From: Bugula neritina
Taxonomy: Eukaryota > Animalia > Bryozoa
Assembly (NCBI GenBank): GCA_964035545.1
Contig: OZ037766.1
Span: forward strand, 3,896,722 to 3,960,721
Direction of reading: 5' to 3'
Length of the DNA stretch: 64,000 bases
Under the pieces are notes generated by a model. It ran no database searches and was not told the DNA's origin. It saw only the letters and a program-made list of their open reading frames with translations. Within the stretch, counting starts at the first letter, position 1; each line of letters starts with the position of its first letter. The translations under genes and the position numbers were made by a program. Shown here piece by piece: positions 50,391-62,510 of this stretch.

Positions 50391-53300
50391 TCACTGTTTG
50401 GTTCGTGAGTAGGAGTTGGCGCTCATCTCCATGTAGTCGGCATGGCCAGTGCTTTTCTCTGTGTCATCTAAGATATAACTAGTGACCTTGGCTGGCTTAA
50501 GCAGTAGTCTGTGTGAGGCGCTCCTGACGTATGCGTTAGAGGGAGGGGGTTGCATGGCTACATACGCCTCCGCATCCAGTGACGTGGTGGGCGCGCAGTT
50601 GCTGTGGTGAGAAGAATGCGAAGATGTTGACATGCTGTCGGCACTGCTTGTCAGCGAGTGTAATGAGGCGCTGCCGTCCATACTGTGCAGAGACACGTCA
50701 TCTTCTGACGAAGTAAACAGTAACTCCGGGAACGGGTGTGACACTGGAGGGACTCGGACAGCAAGCTGATTGGGTAAGAAATTCTCTTTATCTTCTTTTT
50801 CACTGACTGGAGCGTGTTTGTGTTTCGAGTTCTTGTCCAGCGACATTCGGGCATGGGAGTCAGATTTGAATAACGCCGATCCGCACGTCATGTCAACGTA
50901 CTCGGTGGTCTTGGTAAGAGAGTCAGCGCTGTTGTTACTGGCTTTGTACTTGCGTTGCGTTCGACGTTTGTGGTCCGTGGTAGATGACCGGGGGCGGATA
51001 TATTGCGACCAGCTGGAACCCCGGGGTCTGTGAGGGCAGCTGATGCTGGCGGCTCTGTTTCGAATATCAAACTCCATGTTCATGAAGATGTCATTGTTAG
51101 ACTTCTGTTCCATACTCTGCTGGCACGGCAACATGGGAAGTAGGTGGGGTGCCGAGGAGCTCTTATCTGCAGCAAAATATTAGTCGCTATACAAGTGTTA
51201 TCAACAACAAAAATATACACAAAAATATAGAAATACTGAATTACTTGCTTATAAAAATGAAGCATGGCTTTGTAGTGGAACACATGACAAATATAACAAA
51301 TAAAATTCTTTTGAATGCCATCATAAAAGAGAATTGCATCTTGGATTAAATAGTTGGCATGTCCAACTCTGCCGTTGTTTTATCTCATCGCAGAAAATAC
51401 TGGTATTTCGATCCCGGCTAAAGAAAGTGTTAACAAGATAAAGGAAGCTGTACACACACTATATACTCATACTTCACACTGTATGTAGTGAGCTGTACAC
51501 ACACTATATACTCATACTTCACACTGTATGTAGTGCATAGTAGATAGTGTATAGTATGTAGTGTACAGTTTATGCTATGATACAAGACTTTCTTGTACTG
51601 CCAGTTACTACAGAAGTATATCTATCTTCTCTCACCTGCCAGCATTTTCTTTCTGCACATCTCTACATATTCATCTGTACTCTTAGGTGAAGGGCTGACC
51701 TTCGGGTTTGGAGAGTTCGTAGGTTTCGGCTGATTGTTTAAATCTTCATCGTCTACCAGATAGCATTTCACTGAATCCGGTCTCAATGTGCTGACTAACA
51801 AGAATAAGACAGCATCACTAGCTACATTCATCACCAACGCTAGTGGAGATGTTCAAGGTATAATACAACATAGAAGTAACGTTTGAGGGCCACTAAACAG
51901 TAATTGAAGTCTAAAAGGCAGAAATATTTCTCCATACCTTTCGAGTTTGGAGAAAAACCACGTCCAGCTGTCATATCAATGTAGTCATGAATCCTACTTT
52001 GCTGCTTGTCAATATACGGGAGGTTGTGCGAACCACTCATATCCACGTACATGAAGTTTGAGTTCTTGTCCTGAGATCTCCCGGACATTTCTGCGTACGA
52101 ATGATCGGACTGACTACTCTTGAAGCTATTTTCCCCTATAAAAAATAACGTCACATTTCAGAACCTGCTGGTTATCTTCTAGGGCCAACAAACAGTTGTG
52201 TGGGAAATTGGAGTGTTTTGTAGAACATTTCTATCATCAAGTATTTATTGGCTAGTAAAAGGCCACAAACCACAGGTGTTGGGGCCACAGACCACAGGAG
52301 TTGAAAACATCCTGTTTCTGGGAACTGGTAAAACAACACTTGACATTGAAGATGGGCATGGTTTGACCCAGACTCAACATGTGGATTATCAGAGGATTTG
52401 GTCGTAACTTCACTTTTGGATGTCAAGTCTAGATGCTAATACTTGTAGGTCAATTCAGTCACAATATTCACATGGAGGATGAAGAATAGATGTATTCAAA
52501 TTGAAAACTATGAATTCTGCTAGACATAGCGACATACATACCTGCTTTCATGAGTAGGGCGACATGGTGGGACTGGAATTCAGATCTGGGGTCTGGCGTT
52601 GTACTTCGGCTGCCCCTAAACAAAACAGCATTGAATGTAAATCTTCTGCCTAGTTCAATATAGGATTACAAGTCTTGCATTATATTTATTTAATTACTAT
52701 ATACATTATATACATATATATCACAAATATATAATCAGCGCCAAGTAAATGTGCACTTCATGGAATATTCTAGACCAGATGCAACAAGTGACTGACCAGT
52801 TAAGGCAGCTGTCTGACTCATCAGTGGACTGACTCGCTGACGTGCTGTGGGAGCCAATGCTGTCACTTCTGTCTCTCATGTAACTGCAATGAGAAAGCAC
52901 CATATATCACACCAAGTAAAGTTATTTCTTTAGATACTTATTGCAACACAATGCATTTCGAAAAACAGAGTTTTTGCCAACTAACCCCTGGCCCTGAAAG
53001 GCAAAAACTGGTAATATATTAGCCATAGAAAAGGATGTTTGGTTGTAAACAACTTGAGCTCGCTAGTATTTGCTGGTAGAAAAGCAACCACATCGGCATA
53101 GCATTGCAGTATTAAAGGGTAGTGGTTTATATAGTAATGACTGTACAGTATACAAGCTAAGTGATTAGCTAGCAGACAGCTAGTTGTAATCGTACAATTA
53201 CTTCGACCTGACCACAGATTTTAGCATTTACTCCGCTTGGCAGACCACAGCAGACTGGCAATGATTGCAAAATTTTAGCCCGACTTGACCAATTTTGTTA

Positions 53301-56300
53301 CCTAGCATTTTCAACGTGGAAATGACAAGACAAACAAACAAATTATTCTTATAACCGTTGAAGTAATAATATCCCCACACCTAGATAGCTACTTCCACCT
53401 TCTATATATAGCCCAGGTAAGTGTTGTTTTAATTGCTGATAGCAAATCATGTCAGTTGCCTTCTTTACAAAATATTCCCAACGCTTCAAAACTACTTATG
53501 AATATTCGATTTGTTTTGTTGTTTTATTCTGTAAACTTATAAAATCATATCCTTTATCCAAGTTCAGTTCAATATATAGGAGAGAGTAGCTGAGTTAGTC
53601 AACAACCGCACGCTGGCTGTTGTTTACGAAAGGCCTAGTAGCTAGTCATCGCTCAGGATGGGGGAGGTGAAATGTGAATTAGTGTACTAGAAGCTCTCTG
53701 CATCAGTTTCAGACACTAGCAAGCTCAACAATGGGCCAACAAACAAAAGACTACACCACAAACACCCTCTTCTATTGTAATTGTACTGACCCAGTTTGTA
53801 CTTGGCCAATTAAACGGAATAGCTGCTATTTGTTTGTCTGATGAGTATTAGAAAGTGCACAAAAAACACAACACTCAGTTGTGCATAGATAAGGATGATG
53901 ATGGTGTTGATTTGATTCAAGCGTTTAGTTGTATACAGTATGGCTTAGGTTGTAGCAGTTCAACTTATTAAGCAAACAACAGAGTCATTCTTGGCCGCTC
54001 TCCAATGCTTAGTTGAAATGTTGCAAAAGATAGGCAGCAAATGTTTACTTCTAGTACTGAGTTCAAAGTGACAAGTCATTAACATAGAGAGTACTAAGTT
54101 ATCTTTTCTTTTAAATAGATTCATAAATTTGTCATCAAAACAAGTGATAAATAATCAAGTGCAAGTGACTAATGCTATAATGCTTATTCAAAGGTGCTAC
54201 ATGTAGATGGGGTGCTACAGGTAGATGGGGTGCTACATGTAGATGGGGTGCTACATGTAGATGGGGTGCTACAGGTAGAGTAATATTCAACTTACCATGT
54301 GGAACCAGGAGAGAGTTTAGAGAAACTTTGACCAGTTCTAGATCTGTAAACATATTAACATAACATTTACATCATTGCTTATAAACACTGACTATTATCA
54401 TCTTACTATACAAACAACCCTACAAACAGCACGGATATTTCAACACAATTTCATTGATGAGCACATTCCAACGATTATATGTTTTTAGAATTTTGAGTTT
54501 GATTTGTGGGCAAAATAACACACTGTGTTGACTTGAAGCTATAAGCATCAGTGTTCAACAAAAAAGTGTTATGGAGCATTATATAAGGGTCGACTGATTC
54601 GTTTCAACTCTCACTGCAGTTCATGAATATTTAATTACTGAGTGGTTGTTTATGACTACCAGTGCTGAATAATCTACATCAATCACAATAACAGGGCCCT
54701 TTCTATGGGTGGTAGCAGACTGCTAGTGTGACACGCAATAAACATGAAACTTCATTTTCCAGAAATTAAATATTTATTTACCACTTTTCAATTTTAAAAA
54801 GCAAAAAACATCGGCATTATTCATCAACACAAACCTTTGTCTCGCATCACTTCCTGTGCGAACTCTGAACGCCGAATGTCGGTCTTTATAAGATAGGCTT
54901 CGACTGACTGGTCTAAAAGTATCCACTCCCGGGCTGCTTAATGACTTGTTTCTACAAAAATATTTCAATATCAGGTGAAAGGGGGGTCAAGAAAACACAG
55001 GAGTGACATTAGGATGAGTGCTTGTTAACTCAGCTGTTTGTAAAAGCAACAAACATTAACCTTACGTGTAAAAATGTCAAACAACAAACTGTATGAACTT
55101 TACTTGTTTGGGGATGCTGCATGTTCACTGCACTGAAATGTCACTTATTTAAAGTATTGCATTGAAGGGTTGAAGTAGTAAACAAGATGGAGAATTTGAT
55201 AAGCAGCAGGCTCTAGGCCTAGACTCGCTTACTAATCTAGAACTCACGAAATCCCAATCACACAGACTTGTAGGCTTGCATTTAATTAAATTACCTACTC
55301 ACAGCACAAAGTAGGGCCAAGATATAGTCAGTCAGTGTTTAAAAAAGAAACCAAAATGGGGGAGTTTTTTCAAGTGATGATGCAATTTACTTGGAAAACA
55401 GTTGTTTACTATGAAGATAAGCATTAATATTTTCTATGGTTACCACACAGTACCAATGCTAGCTTATGATACTCACTGTACTAATACCCTGCAGACGTCA
55501 TGCGCTATAAGCTCATCTTCTAATGTCAGCCATATTTGCCCAGCGCCAGTTACTGCTTTCTCATTCATTTCTATTCCACAGCATCGGCCATGTTGCAAAC
55601 AATTGACAATAACGTTCAGCTACAAGTAATACTTCACATACAGCAACTATCAAAGCAATTAGGAAATTATCTTGTACACACAAAAACAAAATAATTACAT
55701 AAGTGATTAGGTCACTAATTTCTTTCATAAGGTGTGGGTATGATAACACTTACAGGTAGGATGTACATGTTTCTGGCAGCATCTCTCGATTCCAAGCTGA
55801 CCAGTTTCTCACTCACTTTCAACTCAAAGTCTCCTTTGATGGGCAGAGCTACACTTCCAGCTTGCACTTGGACGTGCCACGTTTGGTCTTCTGGATAAAG
55901 CAAACAACCATTACAGGGAGTGAATACAATAACAACCCAATGCACTCTGTGATACCAATTCCCTGTGGGTAGCGAAGATTCTACTGAAGGTTGAATGACC
56001 AAGAGTTATTCACGTATTTAAAAATTAATTATGGAAGCGAAAAACAAAAATCAAAGTGCAATGATAAAGATTAGCCATGAATAAAACACGGAGTTGGAAT
56101 TGAAGCTGGGCGAACACTTACTGACAATGTTGTGTATTTGGTGTGCAGACGTATGACTCAGCAGACGAACATCGGCAAGCCACATGTCTCTCATTTGCTC
56201 AGATTCAAAGCCAATCTGAAAGCTATCGTCATTGGTGAAGATGTTTATACCATATTTGACTTTGGTGTCCGTGAATGCGTTGATGCTGCAAATAAAATAT

Positions 56301-58645
56301 AAGGATCTAAATAAAATATAAGGATGTTTTACTACAGGAACTGTTTGGTACTACCAAGACTCTACCAAAGGTCATGGCCACCAGAATGGCAGGTGTATCT
56401 GGTATTATCATTAGCTTACTGGGGCTATCGACATTTCATTGATTGGGTGTGACTACAACTTCAGCAAATGGAGAACTCGTAAATCACTTTTCAGTTTCCA
56501 CTTACATAGTTTTTCACACAACCAAAGCTCATTAGCAAAATATCTCAGTAACTAGCAAAAACAACTGCCAACCAATAACAAAAAACACGAAAACACTGAA
56601 TGAAAATACACAGTCAGCAATACTGGAGTTCAACAACTCTAATAAAAAGTAAATGCAGTAAACAACTTACCTAAAGCACGCTTTCAGGTAAATGGTTCGT
56701 TTAGCTTTCTTCTTCTTGTGCCAGTGAGATTCGGAGTGATAGTACTCCAGCCGGGCTGGTGCAGCAGCAGACTCTTTGTGCAGCACAAAGTATTTGTGTT
56801 TATTTGTCTATCAAAATATAAATATTGTAGATAAGACAGAGAAAGAGGTGAACTATCTTGTCTGTAGCTGCAGCAGTTGCACTAAATAAGAAGTTGCATT
56901 AATACTTTTGAGAATTCCCAAGTACTATCTGCATCCCAACGCTATCATATCATGCTCTCTATACCTAGAAATTCGTTTCTCATTATATTTGCAATGCCTA
57001 AAGCACTGTAGGCCATATAGTACTGTGCACGCAGATTGCTAGATGCCACTGGCCCAAGCAGTGGCAGACATTTTGTGTTACAGATGTCGTGGGCAAATCT
57101 ATTTGTTGTTTTGAGGACTGGTGGAGGAAGGATTATAAAAACAAGTTGGCTACATTTTCTAACCACAAAACTTGCTATCCAAAAAACCACACACTTGAAA
57201 GAGCACAATAAAGTAAAGAGGGTACAAGGCAGGGACAATAACACAGCTGTGGACTGACTGCAGAACAAATCACCTCAACATGAGGCAGAAATTCAAATGG
57301 TACCAGCAGTAAACACGCCAAGAAATCAAAGCTTGAATCACTAAACGTCCCCAAAATAATATTATTGGTTGTCAGTCTCTGGTGAAGGGGCTTTTCAACA
57401 ATATTAGCTTTTGCTTCTGGCTGATTTCATCAGCCTTTCAAAGCAGAACAGAGGGGCCCAAATCTGTGTAGTCTGGCCTCTATATAATGCTAACACAGGA
57501 CAGTAAACAAGTTTTCACCAAACAGTTTTGAGACAAATCATCAACTAGAAATGCTTGGTGGGTGACTCAGACAGATTTGCAAGAAATTACCAACCACCAA
57601 CTGCTGTAGTGGTTGGATTAGTTCTCCAAGCCAAAATAACAAGAACCAGTTTCCAACAGGCACTCTGGTGGCAACAAACAAAAAACCACACATAAAAAAT
57701 GAAGGAAAGGCTTCCTTTTCAGGTATAGAATTGTGGTTAGAGAGAAGAGACTTGTTTACAACACATCTGCGAAAGGTGGGGCAACCAGTGCTCTGGTGGT
57801 CTCCTGAGAGACTCGACATGGCAGCATAACTTGGCCTGGAGTCAGCGAGGATCAAGGTATTCGACAGCATTGGACAATGGAAGTGAAATGCCTGGATTGA
57901 ATGTTGAGTAGAACTAGGCAATGGAGGACTGTTTGTTTCGCCTAGCAGTGCTATCACAAAGCTTTCACCATCTGTCAGTTATTAATCGTATAGACTACTT
58001 GCTTATTGACATGAAGCGAGTTAAAGGCAGGGAAATTATAGACAATGATTTGATTAGTGAAAACAGTTTGTGACTCAACAATAAAGGCCATTGAAAAACA
58101 ATTCATATCAAATAAGCCAGGATGAAACCTTCAAAGCCCTCAGCCTTCTTGGACTAGTAGTAGCGTTTGTAGAGAGCCTTACAACTTGGACCAGCAGAAA
58201 ACACAAAATTATACAACCAAATTAGAAGACAAGCTGGCTGAATAGAGCTGCAATGTGTCTGTGGTTGTTTCCTGTTGAATCATAGTTGTTTCAAGGCTTG
58301 CGATTGTGATTATGATAATCATTTGTTGTTTATTAAGTAGCTTTCCCTAGTGGTGTACGTTACTAGTTGGTTGCTACACAAATTGAAACTAGCCATAACT
58401 TAGTCCTTGGTTAATGCGAAATGACATCAACATCCTATTTATAATATAGTTACGCCTTTGGGCACCAAGCAATGAATATCCAATGCTGGTGAAACCCATT
58501 TATATTTACATTAGGCTGTAACAAACAAAACAAATGATTCCCATTAGCCCGAAGGAATGAAGGAAAATGTTAGCCTTACCTTTACTTTTCTCAACAGAGC
58601 TTGTTTGCAAACTGTGCTGGGTTTGTGTGATTCAGAAAAGTCCAT
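50391..58645 (-). CDS. IRS: Insulin receptor substrate (IRS/chico-like): PH + IRS-type PTB + YxxM tail
   Basis: Exons 58580-58645, 56671-56807, 56122-56285, 55754-55890, 55477-55619, 54835-54951, 54296-54343, 52797-52883, 52542-52615, 51938-52135, 51636-51794, 50391-51166. PH: VCKQALLRKVKTNKHKYFVL...PARLEYYHSE..W..KAKRTIYLKACFSIN. PTB: TWHVQV...AVTGAGQIWLTLEDELIA. Tail: seven YxxM motifs and several RxRxxS sites. Confidence 0.85.
51447..51535. repeat. ~46-bp direct duplication in IRS intron
   Basis: AGCTGTACACACACTATATACTCATACTTCACACTGTATGTAGTG x2. Confidence 0.85.
54193..54279. repeat. 19-bp minisatellite (GGTGCTACATGTAGATGGG)n, ~5 copies
   Basis: Direct reading; ~16 nt from the IRS donor at 54295. 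Confidence 0.88.
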
Positions 58646-61254
58646 GTTTGGTGAATAGTTAGAACTAAAGCTCTTTGGTGACACCAACTAACAAAAAAAC
58701 AACAGTACAATAATGAATATATATATTTCACCAGTAGAGCTTGTTGAATGTTGGCAGATTTAGTCGCTTGTAGTTGCACCACTGTAACTGGGAATTAGCT
58801 CTCGCATGCTTAAACTCTTCAATATATGAATGGGGGCAGAGGTCGCAGGTAATGCGAGATTGTGGAGGTTATATAATAGCAGTGTGGTTGTTTGGTTCAA
58901 TAACCAAGTGGGCAGTGCTTGTTATCAAGCTATTGAACGGGGTCAGTCAACAGTCACGAGTCAACACACAATAACAACGTTTTACATCAATGATCACAGA
59001 GTTTAACGTAATATAATTACATACTACTACTTATTTACAGGCAAATATATGGCTTTCGAAACTACATGTTTGCTTCCGAGGTTGTTCACCTCGACAGCTT
59101 CAATAATATCTTGAATTTTCCATACACGCAGCATAGTAGGCACAAAACTGATGATAATATTTTAGAGCTCCTATTTACTACCAGTAACCGAGTTAGGTGT
59201 TATTAGCCACCGAAGTCTATATAATTATATTGTCAACATCTAAAAAGCTGAAAATGCCCAGACAGATTAACACCGTCCATTTCTTAGCATGCAGATGTTT
59301 TGTAGAGCGAACATTGATAGAGAGAGCTACTAAGTGAAACGCTAATCTAAAGCAATTACTAATTACTAACTAAAATAAATCACGCAAATAGCCATTGACT
59401 GACACTGCAGACAAACAAGTTGTGCTGTTATTGCGAAGGTAATCGGAGCAACCAACTCAACTAACTGTAAAGTTGTTCGGAGCTAACTGTTGCAAAGGAA
59501 AAAATGAATATTTCAATTTGACTATAGTAATAGTTGACAGTATATTGAATTTGTAATGAACATTTTCAGTTTGCAAGATTCATTTATAGCAACTGCAAAG
59601 TGATTGTGTCATACAGCCACCCAGGAGTTTCTGATATAACTTTGTAAAATGAAATTAATACCGAAATAATGTAATAATTACGCATCAAGCTGATTATGCA
59701 ACAATATTGCAAGGAGAATGATTGAAATGGATACATTATGATTAACATGGGTGGCCGAACTGTGTGCAATCTGTGTGCAATATACTAAATTAGCCACATA
59801 TAGCTTAATACTAAATTAAAATAACCAAGTCTAATACTAATAGTGATAGCATCACTCTGATTCGGCTGAAATGTTAGCCGTTAGGGCTTCTACTTCAAGT
59901 TCAACATGTAAACTAAAACGATATCCGAAAATAAGTACTCGTGCAATGTTCATGCTGTCTTCAACAGTGAGGTGGATACCGATAGCACAAGAATCTATTA
60001 CATTGAGCAGCAAACATGTTGAACACCCAAACTAAAACATTGTTGGTGCCTGGTGCCAATACTAATACTAATAGTAATAGTACTAGAAATACTAATACTA
60101 TTAGTATGTCCAAAAAGTTATTGAACTAATCCTAATCCAGTTCATAGTAATTTGATAAACGCACGTACCTGTACCATAACTGATTTTTCGGATAGACGGA
60201 GCTTGTTCCAGATTTACTGCTCGCAGGGTACAGCTACTTCTAGTTCAAGTTTATTTCAACTTCAGCTTTGAGTTTAGTATTTACCGTTATAAATACTCAA
60301 TGGCATCAACATTAACTCTAAGTACGGGTAATCCAGGAGTTTTTATAATAATTGAAACGTCTTGTTTAATAGCAATAATCCAACGAGAGGAAAGTCAAAG
60401 TCCTGTGACTATTGTTTTTGTAGAAAGTGAACACTTGTGTGTCCTAGGTCGCTGTGATAAGGAATAATTTCTATTTGTAGAGCAACACCGCGATAGTCAA
60501 TCGACCAAGCATGGCAACTCTCATACTGATTTCAATACTCCGTGATCTATACTATATTTCAGTCAAAACAACACAACAACAACCTGATACTTCAAAACTA
60601 GGTCAGCCAATGAGAGCGCTGCACTATGCGAATAGTCATTCAGAAGTAAAGAGCGGGTGCGCGTGCTTCAGCGAATAAAACAAACAGTGTCATGAATTAA
60701 GACTACTACAGCAAAAGACAAAAAAATTAAGTTGATAGAGTTTTACACTAAATGTGAGTACAAGAGATATTGTGAATTGAACAAAAGCTTTCATGGAATC
60801 CTTTTAACCCTTGAAATGACTTAACTACTCAATAGAAATAGTGAGCAGCATATACTGAATGTTGTGTGGGTGAACAAGCGTTCATAAAAATATTCATAAA
60901 AGGTTAAAGCCTCAAATGCATGCAATGGGCTTTATTATGCAACAGTTACGCTTATATTATGGCTTGTTCATTAAAAATAAATCATTTTATAAATAAAGTT
61001 CCTTTGTGCTATGGTTTGGTGTAAAGGTAAACTGCGGGTCAACTAATGCATGTTTTAAGGTATTTACACATAGAATACGAATTGCCTGCGTCATACACAT
61101 GCTATATTTAGCTTAAATGTGAACAATAATAGTAATTATAACGAAAATAAAAATACATGTAGTCTGCCAGTGAAATGTGTGCATTCTACATATTACACTT
61201 TGCCCGCAGACTAGATATTACCCTCAGAAAAGTGACTGTATACATTCTATATCA

Positions 61255-61349
61255 CATTCTGCATATTACACTCTGCTGGAGATATTCTGCATATTACACT
61301 CTGCTGGGGATATTCTACATATTACACTCTGCTGGGGATATTCTACATA
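61255..61349. repeat. 28-bp tandem repeat (ATTCTGCATATTACACTCTGCTGGGGAT), ~3.5 copies
   Basis: Direct reading. Confidence 0.8.
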
Positions 61350-62262
61350 ATTATTACATTCAAGAATTATAAATATGAGGCAGGTGCAGCATTAGAAAAA
61401 CCTGAAAGCCTCTATTCTGAATAAAATGTAATAACAAGTAAATTGTGTTTTTAAGTAAGCTAAACCAATTTTCATGAAAAGAATTCAAAAGTTGGAGCTT
61501 TATGTGGCGTTGAATAATCAAATTTGATACACTGTTATTTGGAAAGACAACTCCATAATTGGCTTTCAACTTCATACCCAAGTAAATGACATTAAGTTGA
61601 TTATAATAGTACAGTATTATATTATATGCTTCAGGAAATCTAAATGCCACGTGTCATTTATTTGTATTTTAACAAAGTGTGTCAATGTGTTATTTACTGT
61701 ATTATTCACTTAATCAGCTTACTACTTTTGCATGCAGTTATATAATTAATTAACTTTAGCATGGAAGGCACAAAAAGAAATAGTTTATCATTAGATCAAC
61801 ATGCATGCAAATATTCATTTAACAAAGACTAATATAATTGCAGTTGATTTCTTTTAAAAAATGACATTTAACAGCTAAAGATTTTTTATCATTTAGGTAA
61901 TATTTTAAATAAAAACTTGCAAATATTTTCAGGTATATTTATGCAAAATATTTACTAGATCAGACTATCAAAAGATGTTGGGTTAGTCTTTTCACCATAA
62001 TTTTAGCAATTTCAATATATGGTTAAATAATGTATTATTTATTACAGTAACTTAGAGAATATATTTAGACTATTATATATTTCTATGTTATAATAATTCC
62101 GGCTCAATTACTTAAGCAATCACTATAAATCACTTTATAAGCTGCATATCAAAGGAGGTTTTAGCAATATATAGTATATTGTCCTGTACTTTTGAAACTA
62201 AATTTAGGATGTGGAAATATAACATTGTATTCAATTTAACCAGTTTTCTTTTAGTGGAACAT

Positions 62263-62510
62263 TAGGGTACATAGAGTAGAGTACATAGAGTAGAGTACAT
62301 AGAGTAGAGTACATAGAGTAGGATACATAGAGTAGGGTACATAGAGTAGGATACATAGAGTAGGGTACATAGAGTAGGATACATAGAGTAGGGTACATAG
62401 AGTAGAGTACATAGAGTAGGATACATAGAGTAGGGTACATAGAATAGAGTACATAGAGTAGAGTACATAGAGTAGAGTACATAGAGAAGAGTACATAGAG
62501 CAGAGTACAT
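62263..62510. repeat. 15-bp minisatellite (AGTACATAGAGTAGR)n, ~16 copies
   Basis: Direct reading; source of the MYSTL/YVLYS ORFs. Confidence 0.93.

Noticed and set aside
56900-58200. ORFs 56945-57268 and 57541-57957 in an IRS intron
   Set aside because: No recognisable domain or splice-consistent link; probably repeat relics.
62231-62510. Three overlapping Tyr-rich ORFs
   Set aside because: 15-bp minisatellite artefact.
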